Below, one piece after another: positions 1 to 47,800 of a stretch of DNA of 64,000 nucleotides. The notes beneath the pieces were generated by a model, which saw nothing but the letters and a program-made list of their open reading frames with translations, had not been told where the DNA came from and ran no database searches. How positions within the stretch are numbered: position 1 is the first letter of the stretch; every line of letters begins with the position of its first letter. A program made the position numbers and the translations under genes. This stretch comes from Macrostomum lignano (lineage: Eukaryota): assembly GCA_002269645.1 (NCBI GenBank), contig NIVC01003063.1, positions 23,539-87,538 on the forward strand, written 5' to 3'.

Positions 1-34529
<34,529 letters not shown>

Positions 34530-37270
34530 GTCTTCTTGGCCAAAGTAGTAATTTAGAAGGGCATCATTTTGTACGAGCTAAGTTAGGCAAGCAAGTCTAG
34601 CAAGATGGCTCGAAGGAGGCAGTCGGGATTTATTTCTTGTTGCTAAACCCAACCCCATGCCACATCTGTTTGTTTTCCTTGACGATTCTGATGTGGTCCT
34701 TGGTTTCACGTACTTCGCTGGTTTAACCATTCTCACTGCTCCACGCGCTGGTTGGCCCTTGCGCCTGTACTTGTCTGGCAAAACTGTAGTCATCAGTGTG
34801 TAGAGAGCAGCCTAGCTTACCATCTATTGAAGACAACACCTCATTTCTTGAGCGTCTCGGTTGTTACTATTTTTGGGGATGAGGTAAGTAACCAAAATTT
34901 TCTCCCATAAACTCGTACTCACGGTAGCGATACACAATTATTGAATTTTATAAATCGATTTTCCATGTTGGCTATTGATTTGCCTGTTTTTCAGCCGTTT
35001 GAATCTTAATCTAATCCGCCAATAAACGCGTTTCAGTACGAGAGCTTCGAGCGTACGTTCTACTGCTTCAATCAGTCATAAAATAGAGGGATGTACATAC
35101 CGTTTGATAACAACACAAATAACACTTTCACAAAACTGAATGGCAGATTCATGTCATCAATCATAGAAATCAGTTTTTGTTTTAAAGTACAGTGTATTTT
35201 TACACCATATAGGTGCATACCAGTTATGGAGTCTCAATCGCTATTGAGGCGTTATAACGAGTTTCTTTAGAATACTGTGAAGTGTACACTGCTTGCTTCT
35301 GAGAGTAATCGTGTACGTTTAGTAATTCATAGTATATTTAGATTGCATGTACATCTTATCGGTTGTATGAGGTGGGTTGTTGCAATCTGGCGCGACCCCC
35401 AAATATATATAGTCAACCTTGCGCGTCTTAGCAGTTTGCAAGACCGTTTCGTTCTAGCACATACCAGCCTTACATTGGTGGCAGCGGTGACTCAGTCAGT
35501 CAGTCAGTCTAGTTTTGCTAAATCATGGAAAAACAAGTCAGCGCACTCTTACCTCCTAAGTTCTCTGGCTCTGCAGATTCAAACATCCATATGTGACTGC
35601 AGATGTTTGAAGATTTCGCCAACGATTCTGAGTGGAATGAATTACTAAACGTACACGATTACACTCAGAAGCAAGCAATGTACACTTCACAATACTATAA
35701 AATATACCTGAACCAAAATCTGTTTTAACTGATTTGAAAAAAACGCTTTGTTCCTATTATTCCCGCTGAAGAACGGCTAGCAGAGATGGACAACCGTATG
35801 CGAGAGCTGCAGTTGAATGGAGAAGACAGTTTCGTGCTGCCTGATGGTGTAGCCTCGGATGCCAAATGCTCAATAGAGTGCCGAGCAAAAGGAAAATAAC
35901 GGCATAAATAAAAACTTTCACATACGTTCGCAGCACGGTGGTTGTGGCTTCTGAGCTTCTGAAGCAAGCCAAAACTGTACGCAGACACGAAACCACGCCT
36001 GCCATCCATATAGTAGTACAGCCCACTCCCTACTCCCTCACCTATCCGCGCTGCTTTGTCTAATTTTTAGCTAGTCACCTGGCCTCCCCTGTAATTCAGC
36101 GCCCGTCTTGATGACGCACGACTCTTAAAAAAATCAACGACTTTTCTTTCAAAAGAGAGAGACAGAGGGAGAGTTAGCCGGAGAGTCGTCGCAGCAACGT
36201 AGGGAGAGTGCTAAGTCTCCCCAAATTTTGCAAAGCACTTCCAAAAAGTACTTTGGCCTCATAATCTTTGGACAATTCATGGAAAACAATAAGCGCAGGG
36301 ACGTAAAATGTCTTAAAAATTCTAGAATTGAAAATTTTGGTCATTGTCTATTTGGGAACAGCATCAGTAGCTTCCCTACAGTCTCCTACTAGTCAAGAGG
36401 ATAAGGAAGTTGCCGCGGCTTACAAAGTCTCACTCACAATGGCGAAGCATTCTACCAGCGTAGATAGTAGTTCAGCAGAATGTGCTAACGAGGTAAAGCA
36501 AAAAACTACCTGTCACTCAAGGAGCATGACCTGTAAGAAAGTTTTCTGGCTGCTTCAGAAAGCAGAAGATCTGCAGATGCCTATAGATATCCATAGCTAG
36601 CGCATATGGATTTGCAGTAGTTCAAAGATAATAATCAAAATTTTTAGGTGGCAAATGGCTAAACTGATTGTTTTTTTTTCTCACGAGCGCCGTAGAATCA
36701 ACATCTCGTAGATTAGATTAGGTTTGAACTCCACAACAGACAATTAGTTCACTTCTGGCGGGTGCCGTGAAATTTAAATTATTGAATTTCAATGAGAATT
36801 TGTATTTAGCTCGCATATTCTACTGCTTTCTAAAGCCGTATACAGACTATACACTTAGTTAACTTTATAAGAGCTGCGAGCTGGTGAATAAAACAGTAGA
36901 AAAATCTGGCCTTAGGAAACACAAGCGTAGGTTCTACTCTGATAAATAAAGATCGAGCCTTAATATTGGCATAGGTATTTCAACTGCCAAGACCCAACAA
37001 ATTCTGAATAGGAAAGAAAAAAATACAGCATATCACACTTACTTATAATCATATTAAAATAATTGACAATAAATGTCAATATATCATCTATCTAAAAAAA
37101 AATACAAAAAGCCAGATTAGTATACAATAATAACCAACGTGACAAAAAGTTATTCCCAAACTATCGGGTTCAATACTAAAGACTTGCATATCAAGTTGAG
37201 AAAATCCAATTGTAATCCATTTTGACACTATGAGATTTTATTCCCGTTAAATATTACTTTTTACCACGCA

Positions 37271-37276
37271 TTTATT
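37271..37276 (-). terminator. Candidate polyadenylation signal of copy B
   Basis: AATAAA on the minus strand ~195 nt after the stop at 37470. A second AATAAA is at 37237-37242. Confidence 0.45.
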
Positions 37277-37469
37277 GCTAATCGTGATCCAGTCCAGTTC
37301 TCGCATTCACACTCAGGTGGGCATGAGCACGGTCCCATGTGCGCAGCGCAGCATTGTGCCTATTCAGCAGGGATTCCACCGAGTTCAGCCTCATTTCCAA
37401 CAGGTCAATGGATGCATCGAACGCGACTGAAATGACGACAACATTGCTTGGTAACGAAACTAACCAGTT

Positions 37470-39056
37470 TTAAACAGGCTCCCGGATCAACTCACCGTCA
37501 GAATCCACATACGACTCGTGTGTCTCCTGCGCTCTATTCCGAAAGGTGTTCTTGAATCGCTGGAGGACGAACTGCACAATCTGGAAGTCGCGCGCTCCAC
37601 CGACCTCGGAGTTCTTGGCCATCTCGTAGCTTTCATTCAGGACGCTGACGAAGAAGTTGACGATGACGAACGTAAGAAAGGAGACGTAGATCGAAAAGGC
37701 TATCTTCGGTAAAAGTCCGTGGTGAGTGACCATCTGTATGTCGAACTTGCCCAGCATCGCAGTGAAAAAGGTGGACATTGTGCCAGCTGGTGAGTTGAAC
37801 TGCTGCTGCACTGAGCCAAGCAGCAGATTCATGAGCAGGCTGAAGGCAACGAAGATCACACAGAAGACGATGCTGAAGGAGCGCATCTGGCTTAGAGAGA
37901 GGCGAAGCGTAGCAAGCAGGTGACTGAGGTTGGTGCTGAACCTGACGAGACCCAGCAGAGACAGCTGAAGCATGAAGGTGCCGGCGCCAAGGCAGTAGTA
38001 AAAGTACTGGTTCAGCAGCAGCAGAGCCCGTAGCTGAGGTCTGCCGCCGTTCACAGCAGCTTCGAGAGCGGCCCCAGTGTTGGCAGTCCGGACTCCGTAG
38101 ATGATTGCGGTCGCAGTCATGCTCAGCGCAACGCCAACGTCCAACCAGTTCTCGAAGCTGTTCCAGAAATCTCGAAATTTTCGCAACCGCAAAAGAAGCA
38201 GGACCAGCCGAATGAGGACGATGATGCTAGTCAGAATCTCTGAGACCAGAGCGAAGACTCCCATGGCACCGACGTACCGATAGAGACGAGTGCTCAGCAG
38301 CTGCTGGCTCACCAGAGCTCCACCAAACGGTTGCAGCTCAACAGCCAGGGTGACAGAAGTGAACAGGTTAATGTCGGAGTACAGCAGGTCCAAGTCGATG
38401 GCCACAAAGCGAGTGTGTCGATCCAGCCAGTTCTGGCTCTTCAGCTCATCGATCAGAGCTCGGCTTTGCTCAAGGCTGTCGGGCAGCAGGATCGAGAAGC
38501 CACCTCCGCGGTACTCAGCCAGCCGTCCCGAGTATCCGGCACCGTCGACACGGTTCATGAAGGCTTGGGCAAGAAGCTCGCCATCCGTGAGGTTGCACGG
38601 CGTCAGCTCTGTCCAGCCAGGAGCAAAGCAGCGCGTCTCGTCTTCGTCCCTGTCGCTGACGAGCCCGACGCTGACCGGCTTGCGACGCCGCCGCAGCTGC
38701 CGCACGGAGACGCGGCTCAGCCGATAGCCGCAGCCGTCAGAGATGAGCTTGGATCCGGACTTCGGGAACACGGATGGCAGAAAGCTGTCGTTGAGTGCGC
38801 TGTACATTTGATCGACAGTGTTCGACACAGACTCAATATCAGCATATTTCAAGTGGTTCAGAACGCTCTCGTGCAGCTGGAAAGTCATCGGGTCCAGATT
38901 GGTGTAGCAGATGCAGTACTGCAGGAACAGCAGCAGAATGGCAAGACAGGCGTTGACGGAGCTGCTGATGGCCTCTTTTCTCAGGGGATCCTTCTTGGCC
39001 TCGGACTGCAGCTCGTGCAGGTAGGCGACGCCCTCTGTGGGAGTTTGAAGTCGCAC
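37470..39056 (-). CDS. Copy B terminal exon: TOP domain, polycystin cation-channel domain and short cytoplasmic tail
   Basis: 528-aa open frame with VRQLR, YRGGGF, WLDRHTRFVAIDL, VELQPFGG, FWNSFENWLDV, and the pore region FFTAMLGKFD...FVIVNFFVSVLNESY. Confidence 0.92.
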   Translation of the reverse strand: MRLQTPTEGVAYLHELQSEAKKDPLRKEAISSSVNACLAILLLFLQYCICYTNLDPMTFQLHESVLNHLKYADIESVSNTVDQMYSALNDSFLPSVFPKSGSKLISDGCGYRLSRVSVRQLRRRRKPVSVGLVSDRDEDETRCFAPGWTELTPCNLTDGELLAQAFMNRVDGAGYSGRLAEYRGGGFSILLPDSLEQSRALIDELKSQNWLDRHTRFVAIDLDLLYSDINLFTSVTLAVELQPFGGALVSQQLLSTRLYRYVGAMGVFALVSEILTSIIVLIRLVLLLLRLRKFRDFWNSFENWLDVGVALSMTATAIIYGVRTANTGAALEAAVNGGRPQLRALLLLNQYFYYCLGAGTFMLQLSLLGLVRFSTNLSHLLATLRLSLSQMRSFSIVFCVIFVAFSLLMNLLLGSVQQQFNSPAGTMSTFFTAMLGKFDIQMVTHHGLLPKIAFSIYVSFLTFVIVNFFVSVLNESYEMAKNSEVGGARDFQIVQFVLQRFKNTFRNRAQETHESYVDSDGELIREPV

Positions 39057-39179
39057 AAGCCTTGAAAATGTTTCTGCGCCATGACTAATGTATGCAGAGC
39101 ATCGCGAATAAATTTAATGAATTAAAGGATCAATTAAAACATGCATACCCTTTCGAACTACTTTATTGTAGTGAGAGAC

Positions 39180-40680
39180 TCGAACCAGCGGAGTATGCTC
39201 AACATCGTAGTCCTTTCGAAAGATGACGACAAGGATGAACCCAATAACAATTACCTGCAAGTACATTAAGTAGTAATTTAGTTCTACGGTGTCCAATAAC
39301 AAATGACACCGATCTAATTTATATCATACACGCTCATAAAAAATCAAACCTTCAGAGGCTGAACAAGCAGCGCTGTCTGGATGAACGACAGCACAAAGGA
39401 CAGCAGCCACTGCTGCGACTTCTCCTGCCCCCACTGCATCGCGTAGAACACCAGAAACACGCCAGCCCCAACCATGCTGCCGAGAACCAAAGCCCAGCCG
39501 ATGTACTGGAACCAGTACGGCAAGGTGAATCGCTTTGGGTGCGAACCGGAACCCTTCTTCACCAGCGGTGTGTTGGCGGGATTCTCTGTGTAGTTGTTCG
39601 CTCGTCCGCTCAAGTCCTCGGAGGTTCGGAACACTTGCATAGTCTAAAAATTTGAGTAAAGCCATTAGGTTTTTCTAAAAAACTGAATGACTCATCAAGT
39701 GTCTGACCTCATCATTAAAGTGTTCAGTAGTCAGTGCATCGTCGGTATTTTCTACAGTTGTTGAAAGAATGACGTCCGCGGGTTCATCGTTCTCTGGCTC
39801 CGGCTTTCGCTCCGACTTTAGAAAGAATATTGTAACCGCTGCAGAAACGGGAATGACTACGAGGCCTCCCATGATGGAGGTGAAGAGAGTGTTGATTGAC
39901 AGCTTGATGGGCCCGATGGAGATCGTGTCAGAAGCAGCCTGGCTTTCTTCACCTACGCCGTAGAACATGGCGTTGGAAATCATGGTCATGAACAGCAGGC
40001 AGAAGCACACCCCGAAGCGCTGCAGGCGGCTGAAGTTTGTGTCTGTATCGCGCTTGAAGACGGACATCCACAGGTGGTCGTCTTGAAACTTGCGCTGCAA
40101 GTTGAGCTTCACAAAGCGAGGCTGGAACGCCAGAAGCCCCTTGGTCGCCAGTTTCAGAATCACCGGCGGATCGAAGCCGACAATCGGCTCCGAGTTGACA
40201 AACACGTACCTGGCAATCATGAGCGAACAGTTACGGGCTTCATCGCTGTTTTTCGGATTGCTAAACATTTGACTACTCACGTGGCATTGTACAGCTGGTC
40301 TGTGATGACAATCTTTCTCAGCGTCCATGGAAACACTGGGCGAGTGCCTTCCAGAGTAACACTAAGCTGCATGATGTCGCCCAAATGCTTTGCGGTTGTC
40401 ATGGTAAAGTGATCGATGTCACCAGATCGAAGGTTCTAACATGAACAAAGAATGTGTTGAATAATTCTATTTCCCACAGTACGATTCTACCAAAATTAAA
40501 ATTGCTCACCTCGCGAACTCCATCGGAGAGGATCCTGCAGGCTTCTATGTGGTTTCTTCCGACAATGCTCAACAACGGAGTTCCCGTTGTGCTGCAGCCC
40601 TTGTACTTGTCGGTGTACACATCCATCAGGTAGCTGAACTGCCGCTGACAGTCGTCAACGAGCGGCAAGTGTTTGAACTG
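39180..40680 (-). CDS. Copy B PLAT/LH2 domain and transmembrane segments
   Basis: YLMDVYT...LSIVG...RILSD, HLGDIMQL, DDHLWMSVF...FSRLQRFGVCFCLLFMTMISNAMFYG and FTLPYWFQYIGW...FYAMQWGQEKSQQWLLS. These are hallmark PKD1-like motifs, with splice phases in register. Confidence 0.9.
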
Positions 40681-40744
40681 AAAAATCAAATCGAAAGTCA
40701 ATCACTTCAGCGAGACAAACAGCGAAACGAAGACTCAACTCACC

Positions 40745-41840
40745 TTCTCCAAGTCTTTCTTGTCAACGTGGCGAAGCCACACGGCTATGGGAATGAAGAT
40801 GATCCACAGCGTGACGACCGTAGCAACCACAGCCGCGCTGTCAGCCAGTTTGCCCTGCCAGTTCTCGAACAGTGTCCCGAAGTCAATAAGATTCGGCAGA
40901 ACATTCAGTCCGACACCGAAGCTGCCAAACAAGTTGCTGACGAATCGAGGCTTGCTGGCAACAGAGCTGGGCTCAGGCCGGCACACATCCTCCGACGGTG
41001 TGATCCAGACGCCAAGGCTTGAGTCCCACATGCTGCACACAAACAGAGATAGACCGAACTCGTAGGACAAGACTGGGTCTGGGCACGAGGCGGCTGTCAC
41101 ATCTCCGCTGGCGTCTCGATTGCAATCTGCTCGACCCACGGCAATGAAGTAGCTCTCGTTTACCGCTGCCGGCAGGTAGAAAGAGCCCTGACTCACATTC
41201 AGCATGCTGTCGGTGAGTGTTGGCAGGCGTCCGAGCTGTACAGATACCTTCAAGTTCTGCTTTTGGTTTAGTGGCAAGACCGTCACCTGCAGCAGCCCAC
41301 TTGTCACATTGACGCTATGATAGAACCTCAGCCAGCGATCTGTGGGAGTCGCATTCACCACTATTCTGGATCCTGTTGTAGCAGGAAGAGAGAACTCAAA
41401 AGAATCCGTGGTGTCGATGGCTCTTCTAGTCCGACAGCCCTGCTTTCCAATCATAAGAACAGGTGAGCTGACACTGTTTTCGTTCTGCCAGAGATAAGGA
41501 CTCGGTCGAGAGAACAAAACCTTCACTGACTCGCAGCCAGCAGTGCTGGGCAAGACTACTTCTCCAAAACTCGATTGAAAAGTGACGTTCTCAGTCCCAC
41601 TGCCGTTCAATTTGAGGCCTTGAGCTGATAGCGAGTCGTCTGATATTGAGTACGTACTTGACGAGTTTAGCAGAGTGTCAGTGACGCTATCGATGGCTGC
41701 AAGGACCGTCTCCGTTACTCGCTTTACTTTGCTCTGAGCTTCCGTATCATTGTGACTGGATCCGTTCACTGACGCAGCAGAAGAGTTCACGGTGCTTTCT
41801 GAGGCTACCCAGATGTTTGATCCGGTCAAGACGATGTCTG
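40745..41840 (-). CDS. Copy B GAIN/GPS region and TM1
   Basis: CSMWDSSLGVW...C...SNLFGSFGVGLNVLPNLIDF, then the hydrophobic VVATVVTLWIIFIPIAVWL and RHVDKKD. Confidence 0.88.
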
Positions 41841-42089
41841 AAATCGGCGAAAAGTCGAATACACGTCAGCTGTTTTGAGTGCAACCTCAAACAAAAATGT
41901 CATGCGAGTCTTACCTGGTCCGAGAAAGGCTCTTGAGTCAGCCGGGATTTTGTCGCCGATGCGGCCAAAGCTGTGACTGATTTCTGATAGCTTCTCGGCT
42001 GCACTCTCCTGAAAAAGGAATAGCAAAAAGTAAGCAATGTTCTGATTACAATTTGTACCATTAGAGCTGCTGTTTGGTTACCTGAGACT

Positions 42090-44890
42090 CGACTGTGACC
42101 TGATTGATTCTGTCTACAGGGATCGCGTTTTTCAAAGCATAATTCACTTGCTCAAGATCTTCAGGTGTGTCCACAGAGAAATTGGCAATTATTGAAATCA
42201 TATTTGCTCTTAGCTGGAAAGAAGTGGCAGTGGAAAGTAATAGTTTTAATGCGGAACATACATTTCAAGGAATCAGTTTATTTATGCACAATTTTCCGAT
42301 GTCGTACCTCAGTCATTATGTTTTGAAAAACTGCAGTCTCCTCAGATGTAGCATTTGACCCCTCGGCGTCGTCGTTCTCAGCATTCATCACGGATGCCAG
42401 GCACACGATGGTGGTGGCAGCCGCCTGCTGGTTTCCACTTCGCAAATGCTTCTCCAAGTCGTCGTTGGATCCATCGAAAATTGCGGTCAAGTTTTCAAGC
42501 AATACGCTCGCGGGGATCGGAGGTGGATAAACCTATCAAGGGATCAACGACGCCAAAAATTATTGTCAGAATCCAATATAAGCTACTTGAGTATGGTTTA
42601 CAGCATCGTCACTTACAAATACGTCAAATACAAAGGCGATCTTATCTCCGATGCTGTCAATAACGTTGATGTAAGCGTCAGACCTGAATCCATGAGAGCC
42701 AGAACCAACTGGCAGCAGAACTGGCGGTGAAATGGCTGCTGGTCCATAAAACAACAGAATGGTTCGCCGAGTTCCTTTTGGTCGAATTCGATATTCGTAG
42801 GTGAGTTTATTGGAGGTTACGTTGAACTCCTGCCAGCCCCAGCATGAGATCTGATATTCGGTGATCATCGCGTAGCCAAAGTTCGGCTGAATGGTGCAGT
42901 TGCCTCCACTGGCCGGCTTGTTAACAACAAAGATTTTGCTTACTGTGACCGGACCCTCCTGTCCGAAGCTGGATGCAGACACTTGATGAGGTACGCCACA
43001 CCCAGGGTCATTGTGTTGGCCTTTCGAACCAGAGTGTTGTTGGCGAAACCTAAGCAAAATCGGATTTAGTTTTTGGTTTAAATGTTTCTTAATCCTGGGA
43101 ACAGCTGTACTGCTAAAACTTACCTGAGTCTGTAACAAGTTGCAGATTGTCGAAATGATTAGCCGTCAGCTGTCTCATTGCCTAGTCAAAGGAAAGGCCC
43201 GAAAACTTGGTCCCACAATGGGATAAGCAGTCGGCCTGGTACACCAATGGCGCTGAACCGCCCACTTTCTCGGCACAGTTGCTCACGCATCTAAAAATCA
43301 AATTTAGCGCAAGCCAGTAATCAACTTTAATTTCATTGGTAGACACATTGGGGTGGCCTTGGGGGTTCCCTGTCAGCCACCCGATTCCGCTTATCGTCTA
43401 GTGTGCAGCCACCCCACTCCCGGTATGTACATTTTAACGTCAGTTTAATGTCGGTAAAAACCGATCGGCCAAAGTTATAAACTAAGATGCCAAGGTTTAT
43501 TGGTGGAATTGTCGAGAGGTCAAGGCTTATGGCGGCAAATGCTAAGATATCGAGGCTTACTGAAGGTAAGGCTGAGATCTCAAGGCTTACGGGGGAATCG
43601 CAAATATTTCAAGGCTTGAAGGAATTGCTAAGATATCGAGGCAAATAGGATACACAGTAATAATTTTCGTCTATTGGTCGCCCCGAAGGGAGGCCCAAGG
43701 CCAAGATTGCTAGTCAATCAACTTTGATCAATAGTGCAACACGATAAGAAACCATTTTATGGGCTTTACTCGACCAATAAAGCACATAACTTACGAAACT
43801 CTTAAAGATGCTTGTTTTTGAGGGCTGACATAAATGTTCCAGTCAGCATTGGCTGTACGCCCGTCCTTGGTCAAAAGTGTTCGAACAATATAGATATAGT
43901 TTGGAAGCATGTGAAAAGTGTCAAGAACCGCCGTGGCTGATTCATTCTGCTCCATGAAGATTCCAATGCCGTTGCCAAAGCAGCCAGAATATCCTTCAAG
44001 ATCTTGGCTCACAGGAATGCTAATCCGAGTTTCCACATTGTCAGGAAGTGACGGCAGCTCCGCCTCCTGCAGACAAATCCAGCGAAACGCCATGCCCGTC
44101 AGATTCCCAGCCTCAACGTCCCAGTCCCGAGGCGACAGCTTCAGCCTGACAGTTTCGTTGTAGGCAGCGGAGGCCGGTGTTGACTCATTGTTGAAGCTCA
44201 GCGTCAGAGGTGTCTCCGTGATTTTGAGGTAAAACGCGAACTCTGCAGAGACCGGAGGCGTCACGGCAAACATGGATAGGTTGAGTACAATCTTGTACAG
44301 ACCATACCAGAGTGTGCGGTTGGGAACCTGCAGCAGAAATGAGTTACCGAGACTCAGGCTGACTTCAGCTCCGGCTGCATACAGAACTCGCCAGCGCCAA
44401 TACGTGTTGCTTGTCTTCGTGCAGTTCAACTCCGGAAGACCCTCTACAACGATCTCTTGGGACCTCATCAGCTGCAGAGGCCTCTCGGGATCCCACTGGG
44501 TCAGAATCCGACCAGCATGAGAAAAGTTCAGTTTTGGTTTGTCGCACATCCAGTCGAGTATAATTGCCAGAGTTTCGGCCGTGTCGTTGCTGACGTGGTT
44601 GAATGCTAGCAGAGAAGCCGAGAAGCCACCAAGACTTGGATAAACGTGAGAAAACGAAAACAACGTGTTGTTGTAACAAATTTCAGTAAAATTGATGCCC
44701 CGAGTAGCAGAGTAGGGCTGACACAAAAATGGAATGCCAAAGCTGATTGATGTAGAGTCTCCAAAATCTACGACAAAACAGCTGTTTGTGCCGAATCTGG
44801 TGATGTTTAAGAAGAAGAAAGTCGCGTTCGATATGAAGGCCGAGCCGTTCGTTTTGAAGCTTTCGACTATGACAGCATCGAGCACAATGT
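42090..44890 (-). CDS. Copy B REJ-module exons
   Basis: NKPASGGNCTIQPNFGYAMITEYQISCWGW...LTYEY...LLPVG...VIDSIG is the REJ C-terminal motif. Contains the TAG at 43182-43184 and a frameshift near 42983. Confidence 0.85.
43480..43713 (+). mobile_element. Helitron-like 3' end of the same family, with ~30-bp degenerate repeats
   Basis: ATTGGTCGCCCCGAAGGGAGGCCCAAGGCCAAGATTGCTAG|T, preceded by GCTAAGAT.TC.AGGCTTA repeats. Confidence 0.55.
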
Positions 44891-47800
44891 CTACAGAGAT
44901 CGGAAGCGTTTGGAAGGAGATGAGGTTGGAGCAGTTCAGACTAAAGTTTTGCAATCACAAGGCAGCTCTGGGAAACGAGTGAGACAAGGCGACGTCCGCA
45001 CTGAACCCAATCGTGTCGGCGTAGATATAGCTGGAGCCAAATATGTCCCAACTGAACACGCAATGCACATTGCTCAGTGAAAGCAGGGAGTTCGACAGTC
45101 GAAAGTGCACCTCAGCAGGTGTGTACAACACGCTAGAGTTGTACTCCAGTGTCAGACCTCGAACTCTCTCCTGAACCACAACGGGACCGAGCGACACCGT
45201 CTTGTTGCTGACGTCATTCCAGACAGACACTCGCGTAGTGAAGTTGCCGACACTTGGAAACTTCAGCTCAACAGTACCCAGGTGTCCCAAAGCTGCTATG
45301 CGGCCGTCACCAAAGTCGACGCCGACCCGTAGAGCAGATCCGGTGACTACCGAGACGGTGAAGTTTCCAGCTTCCGCTTTGACCAGGACCGTGGGACCGG
45401 TGAATATCAGACCACTCACTGCCTCCTGACAACGCACTTTTACATTCGGAGCATGTAGAATGGACACCAAATTCCAGCAGGTTACTTGCACCGGCTCCGG
45501 TCCTTGAAGGAGACTCCTTGAACACGCGAGCGGCAGCTGAGTTGACACTTCTGATATCGAGAGTTGTGTTGATATGCTTCCGAACACGAAGCTGCAATTT
45601 GCATTTGTTGGTAGTGGCTCAGGGTGACTCAGTGTGGCGCTCACGTTTGTGACAGACAGCTCCAGGAATGTCGGGGCTTGTACAGTCAGTGACTGGACTG
45701 GATTCTGGACTAAGACACCGAGCGTCACGGCCTCAGATCGAGTGTGATAGTTGGCGGCGAACGCTGTCAGTTGGTAATAGCCTGGTATGTGAAAGCTCAT
45801 GTTGAAAACATCTGCAGCTGCCCAGGCAAACGGATGCTGATCTTCTAAATGTACCGAGCTGCCGTTTCCAAAGTCTAGCTGATATGTCACGTGACTACCG
45901 GTGCCAACAGAGAAAGTTAGCGAGAAGCTGCGGTTTGTAGCAACGACAGAATGGCTTGAACTGAAGTGAAAGTTTGTCACGTTCTCCTGCAGAATCACAT
46001 AGAAAGAGGCGGTGTGAACGGACAAGCGGTTCCAACAGGAGACATTCGCCACCGCGGATGGAGCATCGAGTGGGAAGATTATGAATTCGTCATGGCTAAC
46101 AGTTGGCCGAAGAGTCGTTGTGATGTTAAGCTGCTGGACTCCAGGCTGCAACACGGCAGTGCAGAAGATTGGCAGATTTGACACTGCAGTGCCGCGCATC
46201 ATGTCAAGGCGAAGAGTAGCGTTGAGTGGCGCTGCTGTGGGAACGTAAACCAGAAGCAGCCTGAGATAGTCGACGAGTTGAGGCGCGACCTCCACATCTT
46301 TGAAGGATTTCCAGTCCCCTGTGCCATTGCCGATCGTGCATTGAAAGTCAAACAGGCCGACGTCTTCTTCAAATGAAAAAGAAAGTTCAGTAGAGTGAGC
46401 AAGAAAGTTGCTCGTGTGTCCAGCAGCTACCCAGTTCCAGTGCTGCTTTTGTCCGTTACTGAAGTTGGCAACCAACTGCAGACCTGAGCCTTGATGCCAC
46501 GATGCAGTCACTTTAAATGTCTCATTGAGTGACAGCAAAGGCTTGGACACTTCGCATGTAGCATTGAGAAGCGGAACTTCAGAGCAGGACAGATTTCCAA
46601 TGATTGAGGCGCAACCAATGTTGTTGGATAGGTCGCTTTCCGTATAGGAAGGCCCGGAGCTTTCATTGAAAACTGCACACAAACGGGTAATGTCGGGACA
46701 GCTTGATTCAGAGACATTGAAGATGTAGCTGCAATTTACGATGCTGAAATTCGAGAGGCCCTGACGCAGTTGGTCTGGCTGACAGAAAGCGGTCTTTGGC
46801 ATCTCAAGCGCATTCAGAGAAAAACCGGATGTCAAAAACGCAACCGGCTCAAAATTTGTTCGTGGTGGTGGAACTTCAGCTACTGGCAGTCCAAGGCTTA
46901 GATGCAGTAAGTATGTGACAGTCAGGTGCACAGGGTAGCGATGAATCCATGTGCTGTTTCTCATTCTAAAGTTCACGCTGAGCAACTCTGTGTCTGCAGT
47001 AAGACTGCAGTTTCGAGGCAGTTCTGTACACGCTGCGCCGTTCTCTGGCGAAGCCATGACGAAACTACCGTTAGTAGTTCCTACGTATGTTCCAGTGCAG
47101 ACATAGGGAAAAAGTTCGCAAGTGGCCAAGTCAAGATTTGTCTGCGCACTCAGCCTGACGCCAGCGGCCTCGCCAGGATGCACAGAATCTCCAGATGTCA
47201 GGTTGGCAGGTAAACTCAAATTTAGCATTAAGCATGAGGAGGCAATGCAGCTGGTGTTCAAGCTACAGTTGCTGCGGCAGAGAAATAGGACTGGTTCCAG
47301 CTGTGGAAGTGAAATAATAATTTTTAATAATTTAAATAATCTATAACATCGCACAAAAGTATGAAATTTATCTCTTACTTGAAAGTTTGCATCCGGCAGG
47401 GTCACCGCGGCCACGTGAAAGGGACTGGATGGGCTGAGGATGAGCACTGACTCAAAAATCAGAAACTCCTGAGTTGATCGAGTAATCACCGGAGGGCTTA
47501 TCAGATGAAGTGAGGCTGAGACATTCAACTCAGGCTGGCACAGCTTGTTGAAAGAGACGCAGGCTTCGTTGTTGTCCAGCTGGTAGTCGACAAACTCGGA
47601 GAAGCTGCCCGGTGCTGCGGACACGCAGACATTTGAGATCTGGTGGCAGATGCTTCCGGCAGGCAGCTTTAGTGTTGCTGTGCACACAACATCGAATGTT
47701 TCTCCAAGATAGCGTGCAGCACTGAGGTTTCCGCTCACAGCGATCGCTGAGCTGGCGGTGAAGTTCAAGTCGCTGACTGATGAATTAAAGCGGGCGGTGA

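Noticed and set aside
34530-34560. Trans-splice acceptor upstream of the copy A start codon
   Set aside because: An AG precedes the ATG, but there is no clear polypyrimidine tract and it cannot be told apart from an ordinary 5' UTR without transcript data.
36270-36600. hAT (Charlie/SPIN-like) transposase fragment (AAYKVSLTMAKH)
   Set aside because: One short motif only, with no TIR/TSD and no continuous frame.
37518-39065. Plus-strand ORFs opposite the exons (e.g. 38331-39065, 8780-9448, 40549-41022)
   Set aside because: They are antisense shadows of GC-rich minus-strand coding exons, with no recognisable motifs.
44955-44957. Selenocysteine/readthrough, or an intron removing the in-frame TGA
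   Set aside because: The only GT...AG pair (44958-44891, 68 nt) would shift the frame. The context UGA-UUG is not a typical readthrough signal and no SECIS was recognised. Other lesions make nonsense mutation or error more parsimonious.
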